A DNA stretch of 62,074 nucleotides, counting the filler. It is 4 parts of 4 records of this genome, joined end to end, with 100 filler letters (N's around TTAATTAATTAA, not from the genome) between each part and the next. Parts side by side here need not be neighbours in the genome. Positions count along the whole stretch, not along the records: positions 36,176 to 62,074 come from DRR723986_6298; 3 more parts are not named here. One strand, given 5' to 3'. The notes under the pieces were generated by a model. That model saw only the letters and a program-made list of their open reading frames with translations. It was not told where the DNA came from and did not search any database. Made by a program: the position numbers and the translations under genes. The stretch's first letter is position 1. Every line of letters starts with the position of its first letter. Positions 57,947 through 62,074 of this stretch are shown piece by piece.

Positions 57947-59754
57947 AATGCCTGCCCGATGCCAATGTAGAACTGTAGCCCATCACCTGTGGTGCCGCTG
58001 ACCGGGCCTGCCAGATCTAGCCGAATAGGACCAAGCGTGGTGTCATAGCGCAGCCCTAGCCCGGCGCCGGCGTGCCATTGCCCACCGCCCGCGCCCCATT
58101 CACCCGCGCCGACAAAGCCTGCATCCCAAAAACCCACCATGCTGAAATTGCCGCGCAAAGGTTGGCGCAGTTCCAGCGATGTTGCCATAAAACTGCGCCC
58201 CCCGCTTTGGCCCAAACTGCCCTGCGCCACCCCAAGCGATTGGTAGGGGTGCCCGCGCACGGTGCCGCCGCCACCTGAGAAATACAAAAAGTTTGGCGGC
58301 ATATCGGCCAGGGCCTCGCCCATCACTGTGCCCAATTGCGCCCGCCCGGCAAAGACGGTGCCCGCCTGGCCCAGGGGCCAGTATCGGCGTGCATCCAGCC
58401 CGGCGCGCAGGCCACGCCCGGGGGTGCCCAGCTTGGCATAAGGTTCCAGCGTGGCAGATAAATAGCTGCCCGCGCTGGGCGACAGCAGGGTGTTGCGAAA
58501 CTCCCATGTCATGGACATGGGCAGGGCTGCCAAACTGAAATTGCGCCGCCCAAACACATCGCGGCTGCGCTGCGTGGACAGGGCCAGCCCAATTTCGGCG
58601 GTGCGGTTGTCGGTGATCACCCGTTGCATGCCGATGGCCAGTTTGGCGCTGTCGGTGCTGAAATCTGGCTCATTCAGCTGGTCAAGATCGCCGGTGATCC
58701 ACAAATGCGTATCTGGCCCAAAGCTGGCGGGCCGGTCGTAGCGCGTGTGCAGCTTGGCATCGGTGCCGCCGCTTTGCCCGCCGATGCCGGAAACCTCGCC
58801 CTCGATCCGCAGCCTTTCGGCGCCCCCCAAAAGGTTGCGATGCATCCAAAACCCACCCAGCCGCAGGCCTTCCATGCTGCTCAGCTCGGCGCCCAGGCCA
58901 AAGCGGCGGGGTTTTTGATCGACCAGATCTATCGCAATATCAAGGCGGTTGCCCACGCTTAGATCTTTGGCCTCGAGCAGGCGCACAGACTGAAAAGCGC
59001 CACTGCGGCGCAGCCGGCTTGCGGCTTTGTCCAGTGCTTGGGGGGAAAAGGCCTCGTTTTGGTAGAGGCCAGAAATTTTAAGCACACGCCGGGCGTTGAC
59101 GGCGCTATCTGGGTCGGGGGTGATGGTGCCCAGGCGCACGGGCGGGCCGCTATCGAAACGCACCATCAGGGCCAATTGCGCTGTCGCATGGTTTGCGGTG
59201 ATGCGCTGGGCGCTGACACGGGCCTTGGCAAAGCCCGCTTGCCGCCAAGCGGCGCGAATGTCTGCGATGGCTTGCTGCAAACTGGCCGCACCGGCTGGTG
59301 CGCCGGGGCGAAAGGCTGCGGGCATGGGGGTGCCGGGGGGCAGGGGGCCAATATCGGCGGTGCCAACCCGAAAGGCGGGCCCGGGCTGCACCGCGATGAT
59401 CACATCCTTGATGCTGCCTGGCGTGGCAAAAGGATCGATCAGCGCGGCCTCGGCCCCATCGATCTGGATCGAGACAGTCGCCCCATAGCGCGCCTGGGCA
59501 TAAAGCGCATCCAGCAGGTTTGAATACTCTTGCAAGGCCAGCGACAGCACGTCTTGGGGGGTGCTGACCCCATCGGCCTGCGCGCGCGTAAGCTGTGCTG
59601 CGGCCTCAAGCCCCGGGCGCAAGGCTGTGGCATCTGGGCCGCTTATGCGCAGCTCTACCCGCTCGAGCGCCTGCGCCAATTGCGGCTGGGCCTGTGCCAA
59701 CAAAACAATGCAAAGCGCCAGCCAGCGGCGCAGGGCCCAAAGCCGGGGTATCAT
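57943..59754 (-). CDS. tamA: Omp85-family TamA
   Basis: POTRA region, HRNLLGG, GGGGTVRGH, GLRY, GPIRLD, YIGIGQAF. Confidence 0.92.
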   Translation of the reverse strand: MIPRLWALRRWLALCIVLLAQAQPQLAQALERVELRISGPDATALRPGLEAAAQLTRAQADGVSTPQDVLSLALQEYSNLLDALYAQARYGATVSIQIDGAEAALIDPFATPGSIKDVIIAVQPGPAFRVGTADIGPLPPGTPMPAAFRPGAPAGAASLQQAIADIRAAWRQAGFAKARVSAQRITANHATAQLALMVRFDSGPPVRLGTITPDPDSAVNARRVLKISGLYQNEAFSPQALDKAASRLRRSGAFQSVRLLEAKDLSVGNRLDIAIDLVDQKPRRFGLGAELSSMEGLRLGGFWMHRNLLGGAERLRIEGEVSGIGGQSGGTDAKLHTRYDRPASFGPDTHLWITGDLDQLNEPDFSTDSAKLAIGMQRVITDNRTAEIGLALSTQRSRDVFGRRNFSLAALPMSMTWEFRNTLLSPSAGSYLSATLEPYAKLGTPGRGLRAGLDARRYWPLGQAGTVFAGRAQLGTVMGEALADMPPNFLYFSGGGGTVRGHPYQSLGVAQGSLGQSGGRSFMATSLELRQPLRGNFSMVGFWDAGFVGAGEWGAGGGQWHAGAGLGLRYDTTLGPIRLDLAGPVSGTTGDGLQFYIGIGQAF

Positions 59755-59859
59755 GGGCACAGATCTGGTTTGGTGTGGTGATGCATTTTAACCAATATAT
59801 GGGATTGCCTGCCAAGGCGCCACAGCTGCTGTGGATGTGTTGGCAAGGTTTCGCCAGCC

Positions 59860-60789
59860 CTAGGGCAAGACGTGCAGCCACATCCAAATGGTGATGATCG
59901 ACAGCGATGTTGCAAACAAAACCGAGCTGGCCGCAACCCGCCGCGCCTTGCCATACATCGAGGCAAAAACATAGGTGTTGATACCCGGCGCCATCGATGC
60001 GGTTAAAATCGCCGATCGCATGCCCGCGGTGCCCAAATCCAGCACCCGCGACAGCCCGTAGGTAATGGCCGGGTGCAGCACCAGCGCCACCGCGCAAACA
60101 AAGCCAATCACCTTTAAATCGCCCTCGGGGCGGTATTGCACCAACACCCCACCCATCCCGAACAAGGCCGCAGGCAGGGCCGAGCGCACGATCAAATCAA
60201 GTGCCCCGGTCATGGGGGTGGGCAGGGGCAGGCCGCTGAAATTTACGATGAAACCCAGGGTAATGCCAATGACCAGCGCGTTGCGAAACATCGCTTTTAG
60301 CACCTTGGCAGGCAGGGCGGCCACCGAGCTGCCCCTTGCGCGCACAATTTCCATCACGGTGATGCCCAGCCCATAGCAAAAGGGCGAATGCACGGCGACA
60401 ATGGCGTAATTGCCGCTCAGGGCCTCGGGGCCATAGGCGCGTTCGGTCAGGGGCAGCCCCAGCATAAGCGAGTTGGAAAACAGGCAGCAAAAGCCGATAG
60501 CCACGCTTTCCTCCCAGTCGCGGCCAAACACAAACCGCGCCCCAAACAGCCCCGCCATAAACCCGCAGGCGGCGCCGGTGTAAAACGACACCAGCAATGG
60601 CCAGTTGAATGCATCGCCCAGATCCATATTGGCAATGGCGCTAAACAGCAGGCACGGCATGGCGAAATGCTGGGTATAGCGCATCAGCCCATCAACGCCG
60701 CTTTCGGGAAAATATTTGCGCCAAACCGCCCAATAGCCAAAGCCGATCAACACAAAGACCGGCAAGATGACATCGATCAGCGCCTGCAT
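59860..60789 (-). CDS. AEC family transporter
   Basis: ILPVF, PCLLF, FSNSLMLGLP, ~10 TM. Confidence 0.88.
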   Translation of the reverse strand: MQALIDVILPVFVLIGFGYWAVWRKYFPESGVDGLMRYTQHFAMPCLLFSAIANMDLGDAFNWPLLVSFYTGAACGFMAGLFGARFVFGRDWEESVAIGFCCLFSNSLMLGLPLTERAYGPEALSGNYAIVAVHSPFCYGLGITVMEIVRARGSSVAALPAKVLKAMFRNALVIGITLGFIVNFSGLPLPTPMTGALDLIVRSALPAALFGMGGVLVQYRPEGDLKVIGFVCAVALVLHPAITYGLSRVLDLGTAGMRSAILTASMAPGINTYVFASMYGKARRVAASSVLFATSLSIITIWMWLHVLP

Positions 60790-61589
60790 CAGAGGGGGTA
60801 GCTTATGGTCATGCCGTCATAGGCGGGGGTGATATGGGCGGGTGTTTCCGCCTCGAGCGTGTCGTAATCAAGATCGATATGCATATTGGTCAGCACCGCC
60901 CGGCGCGGGGCCACCTGTGCGATCCAGTCCAGCGTTTGTGCCAGATGCGAATGGGTGGGGTGCGGTGTGCGGCGCAGCGCATCGACAATCCAGCAATCCA
61001 GCCCCTGCAGCACGGGCCATGCCGCATCGTAGATCTTGGCCACATCGGGCAGATAGGCCAGATCGCCCACGCGAAAGCCCAGCGCATCGATCGAGCCATG
61101 GTTTACCTTGAACGGGGTCAGGGTGATGTCGCCGCCCGCACCCGAAATCGTCACATCGCCCGCTATGGTGTGCATGTTCAAAATGGGCGGGTAGGGGCTG
61201 TCGTCGGGTTGGATAAAGGCGTAGCCAAACCGCGAAAACAGATCGTTTTGCGTATCGCCATCGGCCCAGACATGCAGGCGCTGTCGCATGTTGAACACGA
61301 TCATGCGCAGATCGTCGATACCATGCACATGATCGGCGTGCGAATGGGTCCATACCACGCCATCCAGCGTGCCCACATTGGCATCCAGCAATTGGCTGCG
61401 CAGGTCGGGTGTGGTGTCAATCAGCACCCGGGTGGTGCCCGCATCTGTGATACGCTCAACCAGCATCGAGCAGCGCCGGCGCTGGTTTTTGGGGTTGTTG
61501 GGGTCGCAGTCGCCCCAATGCCCGCCCAGCCGTGGCACCCCACCGGACGAGCCGCAGCCCAAAATTGTGAAACGCAGCTCTGGCATCAT
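60789..61589 (-). CDS. MBL-fold metallohydrolase (PhnP/YycJ-like)
   Basis: LGCGSSGGVP, THSHADHVHG, HPTH. Confidence 0.9.
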   Translation of the reverse strand: MMPELRFTILGCGSSGGVPRLGGHWGDCDPNNPKNQRRRCSMLVERITDAGTTRVLIDTTPDLRSQLLDANVGTLDGVVWTHSHADHVHGIDDLRMIVFNMRQRLHVWADGDTQNDLFSRFGYAFIQPDDSPYPPILNMHTIAGDVTISGAGGDITLTPFKVNHGSIDALGFRVGDLAYLPDVAKIYDAAWPVLQGLDCWIVDALRRTPHPTHSHLAQTLDWIAQVAPRRAVLTNMHIDLDYDTLEAETPAHITPAYDGMTISYPL

Positions 61590-62074
61590 GCAGCGGCCTT
61601 CCATGCAGCGGCTTTGGCAAACAGGCGGTTGAAATTCTGCTCAGTTTGGGCCGCGAAAGCGGCGAAATCCATACCGTAAAGTTCCGCAGCCAGCTGCGCG
61701 GTGTGCACGCTGTAGGCTGGTTCGTTGCGTTTGCCGCGATAGGGCTTGGGCGCCAGATAGGGCGCATCGGTTTCCACCAGCACGCGCTCGGGCGGGGCGG
61801 CGGCAAAAATATCGCGCACCTCGGTGGATTTGGGAAAGGTGGCAATGCCCGACATCGACAGGTAAAACCCCAGATCCAGCGCCGCGCGCGCTAGTTCGGG
61901 CCCCGAGGAATAGCAATGCATCACGCAGGAAAACGGGGCCTCTTTATGGCCCTGGCGCAGCAGCTGGGCCATATCGTCATCGGCGGCGCGGGAATGGATG
62001 ATCAGCGGCAGCCCGGTTTCTTGGGCGGCGCGAATATGCACATTCAGCGAGGTTTTCTGCACCTCGGCGCTGTC
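61586..62074 (-). CDS. tatD: TatD family nuclease, 5'-truncated
   Basis: IIHSRAA, MHCYS, ETDAPYLAP, RNEP. Confidence 0.92.
   Translation of the reverse strand, partial: DSAEVQKTSLNVHIRAAQETGLPLIIHSRAADDDMAQLLRQGHKEAPFSCVMHCYSSGPELARAALDLGFYLSMSGIATFPKSTEVRDIFAAAPPERVLVETDAPYLAPKPYRGKRNEPAYSVHTAQLAAELYGMDFAAFAAQTEQNFNRLFAKAAAWKAAA

Noticed and set aside
1-62074. CRISPR arrays, tRNA/rRNA genes, IS elements, integrases
   Set aside because: None seen; intergenic regions are short and lack regularly spaced repeats or cloverleaf signatures

Overview
Four separate Rhodobacteraceae (Roseobacter-group-like) contigs joined by artificial N-TTAATTAATTAA-N linkers: 1-17929, 18030-23657, 23758-36075 and 36176-62074. 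Contigs 2-4 are mostly housekeeping and envelope genes (glnE, dapD, rlmN, serB, ctpA, rppH, lysS, dacB, nadD, pta-ackA, tamAB, tatD). The main signal is on contig 1: a ~16.5 kb pyridine-carboxylate (nicotinate-type) catabolic cluster. It encodes a Mo-hydroxylase, 6-hydroxynicotinate reductase, enamidase, an ApbE-like UPF0280 protein, two DUF1185 proteins, a MarR regulator and a Liv-type ABC transporter. It also carries two unexpected enzymes: a VanA-like Rieske oxygenase without a reductase partner, and a catabolic B12 reductive dehalogenase (NpRdhA/BhbA type, cut by the contig end). One 18-bp palindrome (WTGTTWG-N4-CAAAYAW) lies upstream of all three catabolic operons, which suggests a single regulon for substituted (N-methylated and/or halogenated) pyridines. 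A structured rpsD leader RNA and several other operator or repeat elements are also visible. All family assignments come from motif recognition, not database searches.
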